A DNA stretch of 60,764 nt, counting the filler. It is 3 parts of 3 records of this genome, joined end to end, with 100 filler letters (N's around TTAATTAATTAA, not from the genome) between each part and the next. Parts side by side here need not be neighbours in the genome. Positions count along the whole stretch, not along the records: positions 28,248 to 50,019 come from SRR20825006_469; positions 50,120 to 60,764 come from SRR20825006_501; 1 more part is not named here. One strand, given 5' to 3'. The translations under genes and the position numbers were made by a program. Within the stretch, counting starts at the first letter, position 1; each line of letters starts with the position of its first letter. This document shows, piece after piece, positions 46,606 through 56,379 of this stretch. The notes beneath the pieces were generated by a model. That model was not told where the DNA came from, made no database searches, and saw nothing but the letters and a program-made list of their open reading frames with translations.

Positions 46606-47904
46606 ATGGCCCGACGCCGGAAAACTATGGATAAGTCGTCCGGCTGGATGCAGGCAGTGGTGTTCAACTCACTGCTGGTCCTCATGCCGGTGATTGCTGC
46701 GCAAAGTCTTGCCATGGCATTCTCTGGCGAGAGTTTTTCAGAGTCCCCCACTATTGAATCGATTGATCAGACCCGTCGCAACATTGACGAAACGTTTGCG
46801 TCAATCGCCCCCCGCAATGGTGGCGACAAGTACAAATTCTGGCACGACATCGTTGAACGTGAACTGATGGATATGGATGTTGCGGCAGCACGCGGCTTCC
46901 TCCTGGCGGCGCCGCAAATGCTTGATCGAGAATCGGTGCGCGAACTCGAAGCTGACTCCAGCGGTGTGAAGCTGGACCGTCCGGATGACCGGATGGCCGC
47001 GGCCGCGCTCCGTAAATTACCTCTTGATATCGGCCTGAAGTTCGAAAAGGCACAGGCATCCGCCGGCCCAAGAAACACGCCCTCTTCCACAAGTATCGTG
47101 GAGGAAGAAGAGGCCTCCGACGATCCCGCCGATACGCAAGATGCCGATGTGCCAAACGAAGAACCTGAAGTGACCGTATCGGGCAATACGCGACCCTCAG
47201 ACCGCCGGTTTGTGCTGCTGGGCAGCTTTTCTGATCTCGCCAACAATTCCGAACGCTGGCTGAAGGGCGACCGGGTTGATCCCATTACGCTGAAGATCAC
47301 GGCGCTCGCCCTGATCGGCGAGGAGGGGTCTGATGGTGTGTCGGACGGCAATGTACGGGCCGCCTCGATCCTGAAGTCCGCGCGAAGGGCACGGCGCATG
47401 ACACCCGAATTCACCGCTTACATGAAGAGCCGGCTGAATGATGCCCTGCCCGACACCGTGTTGCGACCAGCCCTGGAAGAATCGCTCGGTGAGCTGGCCA
47501 CGACAAGTGTCCGCGTAGACCGGGTACGGAGTGCTTATCTCAACTCCATTGATGCGGGCGGCCTGCAGCAGCTCGAAAAGGACCTGGGCCAGATCGATCG
47601 TATTGGCATGCTGACCAGCACACCGGCGGCCATCACTTTGATTGAACATGTGAAAGACAGTTCAGACTTGCGGCGCGCGCGCTTGCTGGCGGAAGCTGGC
47701 GGAGACCGGTCCGTTGCCCTGGTCAAGCAGGATGGTCCTGGCGCGCTGCGGATCGCCGACACAGGCATCAAATGGACGCAACAACTGATGTTGCAGGTGA
47801 TGGGGCTGACCGCATCCGGTCTCGCCCTGCTTTATGTGATGATTGCGACCTTCCGACGGAACGTCCGGCTGCCGAAGAAGAGCGTAGAGCCCTCCGGCAT
47901 CTGA
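46606..47904 (+). CDS. Hypothetical membrane protein (N- and C-terminal TM)
   Basis: 432-aa ORF with two hydrophobic anchors and an acidic linker. Confidence 0.7.
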   Translation: MARRRKTMDKSSGWMQAVVFNSLLVLMPVIAAQSLAMAFSGESFSESPTIESIDQTRRNIDETFASIAPRNGGDKYKFWHDIVERELMDMDVAAARGFLLAAPQMLDRESVRELEADSSGVKLDRPDDRMAAAALRKLPLDIGLKFEKAQASAGPRNTPSSTSIVEEEEASDDPADTQDADVPNEEPEVTVSGNTRPSDRRFVLLGSFSDLANNSERWLKGDRVDPITLKITALALIGEEGSDGVSDGNVRAASILKSARRARRMTPEFTAYMKSRLNDALPDTVLRPALEESLGELATTSVRVDRVRSAYLNSIDAGGLQQLEKDLGQIDRIGMLTSTPAAITLIEHVKDSSDLRRARLLAEAGGDRSVALVKQDGPGALRIADTGIKWTQQLMLQVMGLTASGLALLYVMIATFRRNVRLPKKSVEPSGI

Positions 47905-47907
47905 TCC

Positions 47908-48555
47908 CTACAGATTGAACGCCCCGCGAATGCCGTCGATCAGAAGCTGTACCGAAAGCGCCGCAAGGATGACGCCCAAGATTCGTGTAAGTGCCCCGGC
48001 AACACTCGCGCCCATGAGACGCACCAGCGGCCCGGCAATCAGAAATATCACCAGCGTCAGCAGGAGGTTGAGTCCAATCGCCGACAACACGACCCCCTTC
48101 TCGATCCAGTCCGACTTGTCCGACATGTAGAACATGGCGGTTGCGATGGAACCGGGGCCTGCCACCATGGGAATCCCCAGCGGGAATACCGAAATGTCGT
48201 CCGGCTCGGGATCGGCGGAGTGCGTACCGAGATGCTCTTCGGCCCGGTGTTCGCGCCGCTCGGTGCGCTTCTCGAACACCATGTCCAGTGCGATCATGAA
48301 CAGCAGAATGCCGCCAGCCGCCCGAAACGCATCAATGGAAATATGCATTGCGCCGAGCAACCAGGATCCACCAAACGCAAAACCGTAAATGATGATCGTG
48401 GCCACGATGATGGACTTCACCGCCATCCTTCGCCGATAGGCGGCGTCGCCGCCCGCCGTAAGCGTCGCAAACACAGGTGCGACCCCCAATGCATCGATCA
48501 GCACGAAGAAAGTGACAAATGTCGCGGTAAATAGGGAGAGAAGGTCTGCGCTCAT
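47908..48555 (-). CDS. MarC family protein
   Basis: AFRAAGGILLF, VFPLGIPMVAGPGSIAT, TRILGVILAALSVQ. Confidence 0.92.
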   Translation of the reverse strand: MSADLLSLFTATFVTFFVLIDALGVAPVFATLTAGGDAAYRRRMAVKSIIVATIIIYGFAFGGSWLLGAMHISIDAFRAAGGILLFMIALDMVFEKRTERREHRAEEHLGTHSADPEPDDISVFPLGIPMVAGPGSIATAMFYMSDKSDWIEKGVVLSAIGLNLLLTLVIFLIAGPLVRLMGASVAGALTRILGVILAALSVQLLIDGIRGAFNL

Positions 48556-48565
48556 GGGCGCCGAC

Positions 48566-48859
48566 CTAGTCCTTTTGACCCGTTGCGTCGAGGATTTCCT
48601 GCACGAGCGGCGCAACGATCACTGAGTCATTCAGGCCTTCAAAGCGGGAAAGGTCTGCGCCGCCAGTCGCGAGCGAGAGCATCATGCGGTGACCGCGCAA
48701 CCTCTGAAGTAGGCCGTCGGTGCCGCGATGCCCGTCAGCACTGGCGGTACGCCCATTGCCGAGATCGACAACAAGGCCTTCGCCCTGCCCGGCTTCCAAT
48801 AGCGATATCCCCTCTTCGAGGGAGACCGGCTTGGTGTCGGGGATGGGATCGATACGCAT
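48566..48859 (-). CDS. Hypothetical protein
   Basis: Fills the gap between flbT and the MarC gene on the same strand; GGAG before the ATG. Confidence 0.5.
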   Translation of the reverse strand: MRIDPIPDTKPVSLEEGISLLEAGQGEGLVVDLGNGRTASADGHRGTDGLLQRLRGHRMMLSLATGGADLSRFEGLNDSVIVAPLVQEILDATGQKD

Positions 48860-48870
48860 CACACTCCCCA

Positions 48871-49257
48871 TCACTCCGCGCCTCGCGCGTCAGCCATCAT
48901 GAGTTTGCGGCAACGGCTCAGCGCGCGGTAAAGGCTTGAACTGGCAACATCGGCCGAAATTTCCAAGACTGCATCGCGATCCTCATCGCAATCACACGCC
49001 GCAAGCAGCCCGGCCAGAGCTTCCGCGGTCTGCGCATAGGCCGGGCCATCGACCTCTCCCAGCAGATACATTTGCATAATGGCGAAATAGGTGCGGCCTG
49101 CCTGAGTGGTCGCATCATTCGGGCGCAAAATATCTTTCTCACGCAGGACACGGGCGCGATTTTCGAGCAGGAGAACGCCGCGCCGATCGCCATTTCTGAC
49201 AACCGCGCCGTTCACCACGAATGTTTCGCCCGGTTTGAGGGACAGCTTCAATGGCAT
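48871..49257 (-). CDS. flbT: Flagellar biosynthesis regulator FlbT
   Basis: MPLKLSLKPGETFVVNGAVVRNGDRR, LREKDI, YRAL..CRKL. Confidence 0.9.
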   Translation of the reverse strand: MPLKLSLKPGETFVVNGAVVRNGDRRGVLLLENRARVLREKDILRPNDATTQAGRTYFAIMQMYLLGEVDGPAYAQTAEALAGLLAACDCDEDRDAVLEISADVASSSLYRALSRCRKLMMADARGAE

Positions 49258-49651
49258 GGCGTCTGATTCCACTCCTGCAGATTTCGGTAAAATTTGCAGA
49301 AAGGCGTTAACGCATGATTGCGATCCGGTTAGCCGGGTCGAATGAAAACAATCAACTGCACGCTTGGAAGTGTGCCATGCGCCCGTTTCCCATATGCATA
49401 GGATCATACGGCCTGCGTCAAATCCGGTCCGTCATGGTCCTCTCGGACAACCCAACCAAACCCGGCGCGGCGCTCATCTGAAGCTTGAGGCACTGCGGCG
49501 GCACGCATGGCCACTCCCTTTTACCACACTCACGAAACCGGCAGAAATGATTTCGATGCTGCACTGCGGTGACAGGCCTTTCGCCACGTAAGCGCTTGCT
49601 CCTGACTTCCGCGACACTATTGTTGGATCAGACCCAGATGAGGAAGAGTTC

Positions 49652-50019
49652 ATGCGCTTTGAAGGCACCCAGGATTACGTCGCCACCGAAGATTTGAAAG
49701 TGGCCGTCAACGCCGCGATCGCTCTGGAGCGTCCGCTCCTGATCAAGGGGGAACCCGGCACCGGCAAAACGGTCCTCGCCATTGAAGTCGCCAAGGCGCT
49801 CGGCGCCGAACTCATCGAATGGCATATCAAGTCCACCACCAAGGCGAGCCAGGGTCTTTATGAATATGATGCCGTGTCTCGCCTGCGCGATGGCCAGATG
49901 GGCGAAGAGCGCGCCAAGGACGTGGCGAACTACATCAAGAAGGGCAAGCTGTGGGAGGCGTTCACCGCCGAGAAGCGCCCGATCCTGCTGATCGACGAGA
50001 TCGACAAGGCCGACATCGA
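49652..50019 (+). CDS. MoxR/CoxD-like AAA ATPase (3'-truncated)
   Basis: RPLLIKGEPGTGKT, LYEYDAVSRL, LLIDEIDKAD. Confidence 0.92.
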
Positions 50020-50119
50020 NNNNNNNNNNNNNNNNNNNNNNNNNNNNNNNNNNNNNNNNNNNNTTAATTAATTAANNNNNNNNNNNNNNNNNNNNNNNNN
50101 NNNNNNNNNNNNNNNNNNN
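50020..50119. other. Artificial contig spacer
   Basis: 44 N + TTAATTAATTAA + 44 N; abrupt GC drop afterwards. Confidence 0.98.
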
Positions 50120-50179
50120 GAAAACCAAATACATTAGGTTAATCATCTTCTGCCTTGGGGATAGTTTTCCTCCTGCCAT
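50120..50179 (-). CDS. gldM: Gliding motility protein GldM (N-terminal fragment)
   Basis: Manual translation MAGGKLSPRQKMINLMYLVF directly after gldL. Confidence 0.9.
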
Positions 50180-50223
50180 TTTTATTCTTTTTTAAAGATT
50201 AATAATTAAGGTGAAAACCTATC

Positions 50224-50874
50224 TTAGTTTTTAGTACTCATTGCAGAAAGCATACCTCCGTAAACACCGTTCAATGAAGAAAGGTTGGTAGCCAAGTGCT
50301 GCATTTGTTGTTTTAATTGATCAGCGTTTTCAGCGATTGCTTGATTTGCTTCTGTTTGACGGCTTGTAGATTCTATCTGAACTTTATATAAGCTATTTAA
50401 AGAATCCATTTGTGCTGCAGCTAGCGCCATTTCTTCACTGTATTTTTTAGTTGAATTCATAGCTTCAGCAGTTGGAGCCATTCCTTTAGTAGCGCCTTCA
50501 AAAGAACGAATACTTGTTGTAAGACTGTTCATTAATTCTGAATCGATGCGTGCATCTTTAAGCATTTCGTCTAATTTTTTAGACAAAAGTCCTTGTGCAT
50601 CTTCTGGTTGTTCTTTTCCTTTTTTCCCACTTGAAGCTCCTCCAGCTAATTCTGGGTAAACCAATGCCCAATCCAAATCATCATCTACTGGTTCAAAAGC
50701 AGAAATTGCGAAAATGATAGCTTCCGTGATAAGTCCAATTGCTAATAGAATACCTCCGTTTAATGGTCCTAATTCCCAGTGAAGAATTTTGAAAAGTGCT
50801 CCTATAATTACGATGGATGCTCCAAGGCCATAAGCCATGTTAAATAATTTTTTTGTCGATTTTGCTTGTGCCAT
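50224..50874 (-). CDS. gldL: Gliding motility/T9SS protein GldL
   Basis: YGLGASIVIIGALFKILHW, TEA.IF.ISAFEP, LNGVYGGMLSAM. Confidence 0.95.
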   Translation of the reverse strand: MAQAKSTKKLFNMAYGLGASIVIIGALFKILHWELGPLNGGILLAIGLITEAIIFAISAFEPVDDDLDWALVYPELAGGASSGKKGKEQPEDAQGLLSKKLDEMLKDARIDSELMNSLTTSIRSFEGATKGMAPTAEAMNSTKKYSEEMALAAAQMDSLNSLYKVQIESTSRQTEANQAIAENADQLKQQMQHLATNLSSLNGVYGGMLSAMSTKN

Positions 50875-50954
50875 AATAAGTTAGTTTTAATTGAGGTTTT
50901 GGTTAAGAAATTTATTTTAGGGTATTTAGTTAATTTTTTGAAATAGAAATTTAG

Positions 50955-52328
50955 TTAGCGTGCATCTCCTAATCTATCATTAAGGGTAACATCTGTACCC
51001 ATATAATCTTGCACTGTTCTAAATCCAATATAGCTTCTTGCAGAATCAGCATATTCATAATCTCTGGTACTTACCTGAAGGAAATATGCAACATCTTTCC
51101 AAGAACCTCCACGAACTACTTTTCGCATATTGCTAGGATCGTTCACATTTGGATTCATTGTAGAAGTATAATCATAAGAAGCAGGGTCATAAGAAGAAGC
51201 TACCCATTCGGCAACATTCCCTGACATATTATATAGATTATAGTCATTAGGTTCATACGCATCCGCTTCAACAGTATATAATGCTTGATCTGCTGCATAA
51301 TCACCACGCAAAGGCTTAAAGTTTGCTAGAAAACAACCACGGTCGTTTTTAGCATACGGGCCACCCCAAGGATAGGTAGCAGATTCTAGACCTCCACGAG
51401 CAGCATACTCCCATTCGGCTTCACCAGGAAGACGGAAAGAGTTTACAAAGTTTTGCTTTTTAGATTTTTGGTATGAGTTTTTATATAATGTTCTCCACGC
51501 ACAAAATGCTTTTGCTTGTTTCCAAGTTACACCAACCACAGGATAATCTCCATAGGCTTCGTGCCAGAAATAATCATTATGCATTGGCTCGTTATATGAA
51601 TAATTGAAATCTTTAATCCAAACTGTAGTATCAGGATAAATATTCAGTTCTTCTTTTTTAATGAAGTCTTTTCTTCGCTTAGCACCATCACGTGCAGCAG
51701 ATTCGATATCCATATACGTGTATTGGAAATTCAATTTGCTAACATCTATAGTACGTTGTCCGTTATAAGCTTCTTCTGTAGGAATGTACATTGTGTCCAT
51801 TACTTCAGAATAATATTCGTCTGGATACTCTGCAGTATCCCATAACAATTCAACTTTGTCGTTTAGTTTTCTACCTGCATAGTAATCTTCACCCATACCA
51901 AAGTAATTGTCATACATATACTGTTGGTACGGTGTCATTTCTTCGTTTTCTTGATCTACGAAAGCAAATTCACCTACACCTCCATCACCTGGAGTTGCGC
52001 CTACTTCATCAGCCATGATTGCAAGACGTAATCTTACTGTAGAATCTCTTACCCAATTTACAAATTGACGGTATTCAGCGTTTGTAATTTCTGTTTCGTC
52101 CATATAGAACGAACGAACCGTAACTGTTTTAGTGGGAGCATCGTTCACAGCAACAAAATCGTCATCGCTTTTACCCATGATGAAAGATCCACCAGGGATA
52201 AGCGTCATACCATAAGGTTTTTTGGGATACCATTTTTTACCTTTTGCCCCAACCAATTCTCCCCGGTCTCCGGAGTTACAACTGAATAAAAAGGCAACGA
52301 TCGCAGTTAATGCAATAAACTTCTTCAT
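50955..52328 (-). CDS. gldK: Gliding motility lipoprotein GldK
   Basis: Lipobox LFSC, FGE-like RLP.EAEWEYAARGG; upstream of gldL. Confidence 0.95.
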   Translation of the reverse strand: MKKFIALTAIVAFLFSCNSGDRGELVGAKGKKWYPKKPYGMTLIPGGSFIMGKSDDDFVAVNDAPTKTVTVRSFYMDETEITNAEYRQFVNWVRDSTVRLRLAIMADEVGATPGDGGVGEFAFVDQENEEMTPYQQYMYDNYFGMGEDYYAGRKLNDKVELLWDTAEYPDEYYSEVMDTMYIPTEEAYNGQRTIDVSKLNFQYTYMDIESAARDGAKRRKDFIKKEELNIYPDTTVWIKDFNYSYNEPMHNDYFWHEAYGDYPVVGVTWKQAKAFCAWRTLYKNSYQKSKKQNFVNSFRLPGEAEWEYAARGGLESATYPWGGPYAKNDRGCFLANFKPLRGDYAADQALYTVEADAYEPNDYNLYNMSGNVAEWVASSYDPASYDYTSTMNPNVNDPSNMRKVVRGGSWKDVAYFLQVSTRDYEYADSARSYIGFRTVQDYMGTDVTLNDRLGDAR

Positions 52329-52442
52329 AGGTATTTAGGTTAAATTTCGGGATTCAAGGGCGTAAACCTATCTATAAAATTTCAAAAAAACAATTTTTTT
52401 TTGAAAAACCATTAATTCCCCGTTTTTACTTGTCTTGTGTGA

Positions 52443-53603
52443 TTATACTTCATTTTTGTGGCGGGCTTTCATCCACCGTTCAGGAATTTCCTGATTACAC
52501 GCACTCAAATATTCGCCATAAGTGCAAGGTAATAACGTATGCTTTTTTAATTTATTATTAACATTTGAAATAAATGGTAAAACAATCCACCATCTTTCTG
52601 TTTTGTTACTTTTTTTGAACTCTAAAATTTCATCTTCTATTGGCACTTTATAGGATGTAAATAGCATCTCATTTTCAAAGTCGTCATCAATTCTAAAGTT
52701 ATATCCTTCTATAAAATACCAAAGTATTTGTGCCACGAGCATTGCTCCGCTTTTGTTTTCAATGGAATCACTAAGTTCAAAAACGCTAAATGATTTCACT
52801 TTATTGCTTATGCCCGCATAACGGGAAATGGCACAAATTTCTCGACTATCAAAACCGTTAGGGCTTTCGTTATTTTTATAACTTAAATCAGCACTTTTTA
52901 TTGCTGTAACATCTAAAGTAACCATATCTGCATCACGCATTATGGGCTCTACAATAGTAATATCTGCAGAAATTTCACCCAATCTATACGCATCAAAAAA
53001 CAACTTATCCATCAATGCTATTTCTTGCGGTGCATTAAAAAAAGATTGATACCCCAGCACACTATAATTAAAAAGATTGTACGGTTCATCAACAACCATC
53101 TTCCCAACATACGATTTGTTTGAAATAGGCAACTCTGCATTACCAAGGTCAAAGCGGTTGTCTATATTAACCACTTTTACCATATTTTCTAAAACATCGT
53201 ATCCGCGATATTGAGCATATGCTAAATCTTGACTTCCACCTAAAATCAAAGGAATTATATCTTTTTTTAAAAGTGCGGCAACAACTTCTTTTACCGCAAA
53301 GCGTGTATCTTCTGTAGTTTCCCCTCTTTCAATATCGCCAAGATCTAAAATTTTATAGTTCCAATTTCCTGGATATAACGAATATAACGCCTTCCTGTAC
53401 GAGTCAAAAGAAATGTCGCTACCTATAAAATTAACATCTGCACGATTTTCCTTAATTCCAAAAATAGCAAACTTTACGCCTTCTATACTAGGAAATTCTC
53501 CTGTTTTTGAATAAATTTCAATCTGCTTTCCTAATGTTCCGGGAGGTAAAATTTCCCGATGCGCCACTATTTTTTTTGAAATGGGAACTAAAAAATCTAT
53601 CAT
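52443..53603 (-). CDS. Arginase/formimidoylglutamase-family protein
   Basis: DLGDI, IPLILGGSQD, PNGF...EICAI.RYAG. Confidence 0.8.
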   Translation of the reverse strand: MIDFLVPISKKIVAHREILPPGTLGKQIEIYSKTGEFPSIEGVKFAIFGIKENRADVNFIGSDISFDSYRKALYSLYPGNWNYKILDLGDIERGETTEDTRFAVKEVVAALLKKDIIPLILGGSQDLAYAQYRGYDVLENMVKVVNIDNRFDLGNAELPISNKSYVGKMVVDEPYNLFNYSVLGYQSFFNAPQEIALMDKLFFDAYRLGEISADITIVEPIMRDADMVTLDVTAIKSADLSYKNNESPNGFDSREICAISRYAGISNKVKSFSVFELSDSIENKSGAMLVAQILWYFIEGYNFRIDDDFENEMLFTSYKVPIEDEILEFKKSNKTERWWIVLPFISNVNNKLKKHTLLPCTYGEYLSACNQEIPERWMKARHKNEV

Positions 53604-56119
53604 TATTTTTTCTTGGCTGGAGCTTTCTTCTTAGTTGTAGTTTTCTTTTTGGCTGCGGTTTTTTTCTTCGGACTTTTCTTATCAAGCAACTCTTTTGCTT
53701 CTTCCAAAGTTATTTTCTCAGCTTCGGTGCCTTTTGGCAATTCAACTTTTGTTTTTCCTTTTATAATATTAAAACGACCCCAACGCGCCTTTTCTATTCG
53801 AATTTTTTCATCAGGCCACTCATTAATCAATTTGTCGATTTCTTTCTGCTTTTTGTCTTCTATAAGCGTTTCAATATCTTCATTTGAAAGATTATCGAAA
53901 TCATACTTCTTGTTCACATTAATGAACATATTGTTCCATTTTATAAAAGGCCCAAAACGTCCAACTCCCTTCTGCACGGGCAAATTTTCATACGTATATA
54001 TAGGTGCATCTGCTTTTTTCTTTTCCTCAATAAGCTCTTTTGCAAAAGCCATATCAACGTCTAAAGGATCCATTCCTTTTGGAAGTGAAATAAATGTTTT
54101 TCCTAAGCGAACATAGGGTCCAAAACGTCCATTATTCACCTCAACTTCTTCTCCATCATAAATTCCTAAGCTCTTTGGAAGCTTAAAAAGATCCATTACT
54201 TCTTCAAATGTAACCAAATGCAATTGTTGATCTGGGCGAAGGCTTGCAAATTTTTTCTCTTCATCGTCGGGCGCACCAATTTGTGCCATCGGGCCGTATT
54301 TTCCTAGGCGAACCAAAACCGTTCTACCTGATTCTGGATCTTCTCCAAGAATACGCTCGCCGCTTTCACGCTCCGCATTTTCCTCAACATCTTCTACACG
54401 TGGATGAAATTTTGCGTAAAAATCTTTCATCATTTTCGTCCACTCTTCTTTTCCTTCCGCAATATCATCAAAATCCTGTTCTACTTTTGCAGTAAAATTA
54501 TAATCAAGGATATTCTCAAAGTGAGCGACCAAAAAGTCGTTGACAATCATCCCAATATCTGTAGGAACCAATTTTCCTTTGTCTGAACCTACCGTTTCTG
54601 TCAAGGTTTTATCCTTAACATTTTGCTCCTCAAGCGTAAGCTGAAGGTATTTTCGTTCTACACCTTCTACAGTTCCTTTTTCAACATAATTTCTACTAAT
54701 AATTGTTGAAATTGTTGGCGCATACGTAGACGGACGGCCAATGCCAAGCTCCTCCAGCTGCTTCACCAACGAAGCTTCCGTAAAGCGATACGGCGGACGC
54801 GTAAATCGTTCAGTTGCGGTTATGTAATTATTTTGAAGTGAATCGCCATTATTCATATTTGGCAACATCCCTTCTTGTTCTTCTTCTTCAAAATCGGTTC
54901 CTTCCAAATATACTTTTAGGAAACCGTCAAATTTTATCATTTCACCATTTGCAGTGAAATTTTCTGAAACTTTTTCTTTCGAAAGCACATCAATCTTAAC
55001 ATTGGTACGCTCCAATTGCGCATCACTCATCTGTGAAGCTAAAGTTCTTTTCCATATTAAATCGTACAAACGCGCTTGATCGTGATCGCCAGAAAAAGTG
55101 TGCTTAGACATATCTGTTGGGCGAATCGCTTCGTGAGCTTCCTGTGCGCCTTTAGATTTTCCTTTGTAATCACGCGGTTTGCTATATTCCTTTCCGTAGG
55201 AAGAAATAATTTCTTTTTGGGCAGCGTTTTTAGCGTCGTTACTAAGATTCACGCTATCGGTACGCATATAGGTTATAAAACCAGCTTCATACAACCGTTG
55301 CGCAATAGTCATCGTTTTTCCAACTGAAAAATACAATTTTCGCGCCGCTTCCTGTTGCAATGTTGAAGTGGTAAAAGGTGCCGCAGGCGATTTGCTAGCG
55401 GGCTTTTTTGTTAAATCTGAAATTTTATAGGAAGCTCCTAAATTCTTCCGAAGAAACTCGCGTGCTTCTTTTTCTGTATCAAAATTCTTTGGAAGTTTCG
55501 CTTTAAACTTACTGCCTTCAGCGGTAGTAAATTCGGCATCAATTCTATAAGACCCTACTGGATTGAACGCTTCAATTTCGCGTTCGCGCTCTACAATTAA
55601 TCGCACCGCAACAGATTGTACGCGACCTGCAGAAAGTCCGCCTTTTACTTTTTTCCAAAGTACAGGCGAAAGCTCATACCCTACCAAACGGTCTAAAACA
55701 CGACGTGCTTGTTGTGCGTTCACTAGATTGTAATCTATCTGACGTGGGTTTTCTATTGCTTTTAAAATAGCAGTTTTAGTAATTTCATGAAAAACAATAC
55801 GTTTTGTCTTGTTTTCATCCAATTTTAACTCTTCCGCCAAATGCCACGCTATAGCCTCTCCTTCTCGATCCTCATCACTCGCTAACCAAACCATTTCGGC
55901 TTTCTTGGAAAGTGATTTCAATTCAGCGACCAATTTTTTCTTGTCGCTACTTACTATATATTTAGGTGTGAAATCTCCTGCTACGTCAACGCCCAATTCC
56001 TTTGAAGGAAGGTCTGCAATATGTCCAAAACTGGAAGCTACCTTGAAATCTTTTCCTAAAAATTTTTCAATGGTTTTTGCTTTTGCTGGGGACTCAACTA
56101 TCACTAAATTCTTTGCCAT
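53603..56119 (-). CDS. topA: DNA topoisomerase I
   Basis: IVESPAKAKTI, DEDREGEAI, SAGRVQS, ITYMRTDS, Lys-rich tail. Confidence 0.97.
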   Translation of the reverse strand: MAKNLVIVESPAKAKTIEKFLGKDFKVASSFGHIADLPSKELGVDVAGDFTPKYIVSSDKKKLVAELKSLSKKAEMVWLASDEDREGEAIAWHLAEELKLDENKTKRIVFHEITKTAILKAIENPRQIDYNLVNAQQARRVLDRLVGYELSPVLWKKVKGGLSAGRVQSVAVRLIVEREREIEAFNPVGSYRIDAEFTTAEGSKFKAKLPKNFDTEKEAREFLRKNLGASYKISDLTKKPASKSPAAPFTTSTLQQEAARKLYFSVGKTMTIAQRLYEAGFITYMRTDSVNLSNDAKNAAQKEIISSYGKEYSKPRDYKGKSKGAQEAHEAIRPTDMSKHTFSGDHDQARLYDLIWKRTLASQMSDAQLERTNVKIDVLSKEKVSENFTANGEMIKFDGFLKVYLEGTDFEEEEQEGMLPNMNNGDSLQNNYITATERFTRPPYRFTEASLVKQLEELGIGRPSTYAPTISTIISRNYVEKGTVEGVERKYLQLTLEEQNVKDKTLTETVGSDKGKLVPTDIGMIVNDFLVAHFENILDYNFTAKVEQDFDDIAEGKEEWTKMMKDFYAKFHPRVEDVEENAERESGERILGEDPESGRTVLVRLGKYGPMAQIGAPDDEEKKFASLRPDQQLHLVTFEEVMDLFKLPKSLGIYDGEEVEVNNGRFGPYVRLGKTFISLPKGMDPLDVDMAFAKELIEEKKKADAPIYTYENLPVQKGVGRFGPFIKWNNMFINVNKKYDFDNLSNEDIETLIEDKKQKEIDKLINEWPDEKIRIEKARWGRFNIIKGKTKVELPKGTEAEKITLEEAKELLDKKSPKKKTAAKKKTTTKKKAPAKKK

Positions 56120-56139
56120 TTGCTATTTTGTTATGATTG

Positions 56140-56147
56140 CAAAAGTA
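56140..56147 (-). promoter_or_regulatory. Bacteroidota -7 promoter element for topA
   Basis: TACTTTTG on the minus strand matches TAnnTTTG. Confidence 0.6.
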
Positions 56148-56302
56148 TATGAATTTTTTAATACGAATCATTTAGCGTGTGAAAATTGAATATTAAGGTA
56201 TAGGTTTTAGCAATAAACACGCGAATATTTTTATTTAATTAGCTAGCTTTTGTACTGTATTTTTCTACTAAGGTTAATATTTAGCAAAAACAAATCTGCC
56301 AC

Positions 56303-56333
56303 TTTGTCACCGTTGCTTAAAATTGTATCTTTG
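56303..56333 (+). promoter_or_regulatory. Bacteroidota -33/-7 promoter for miaB
   Basis: TTTG-N19-TATCTTTG. Confidence 0.65.
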
Positions 56334-56379
56334 TAAGTTGAATGGTAACATTGTTGATTACTAGTACTATTTAGATTTC

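Noticed and set aside
49652-52328. MoxR ATPase apparently adjacent to the gldKLM operon
   Set aside because: The genes are on different contigs from different phyla
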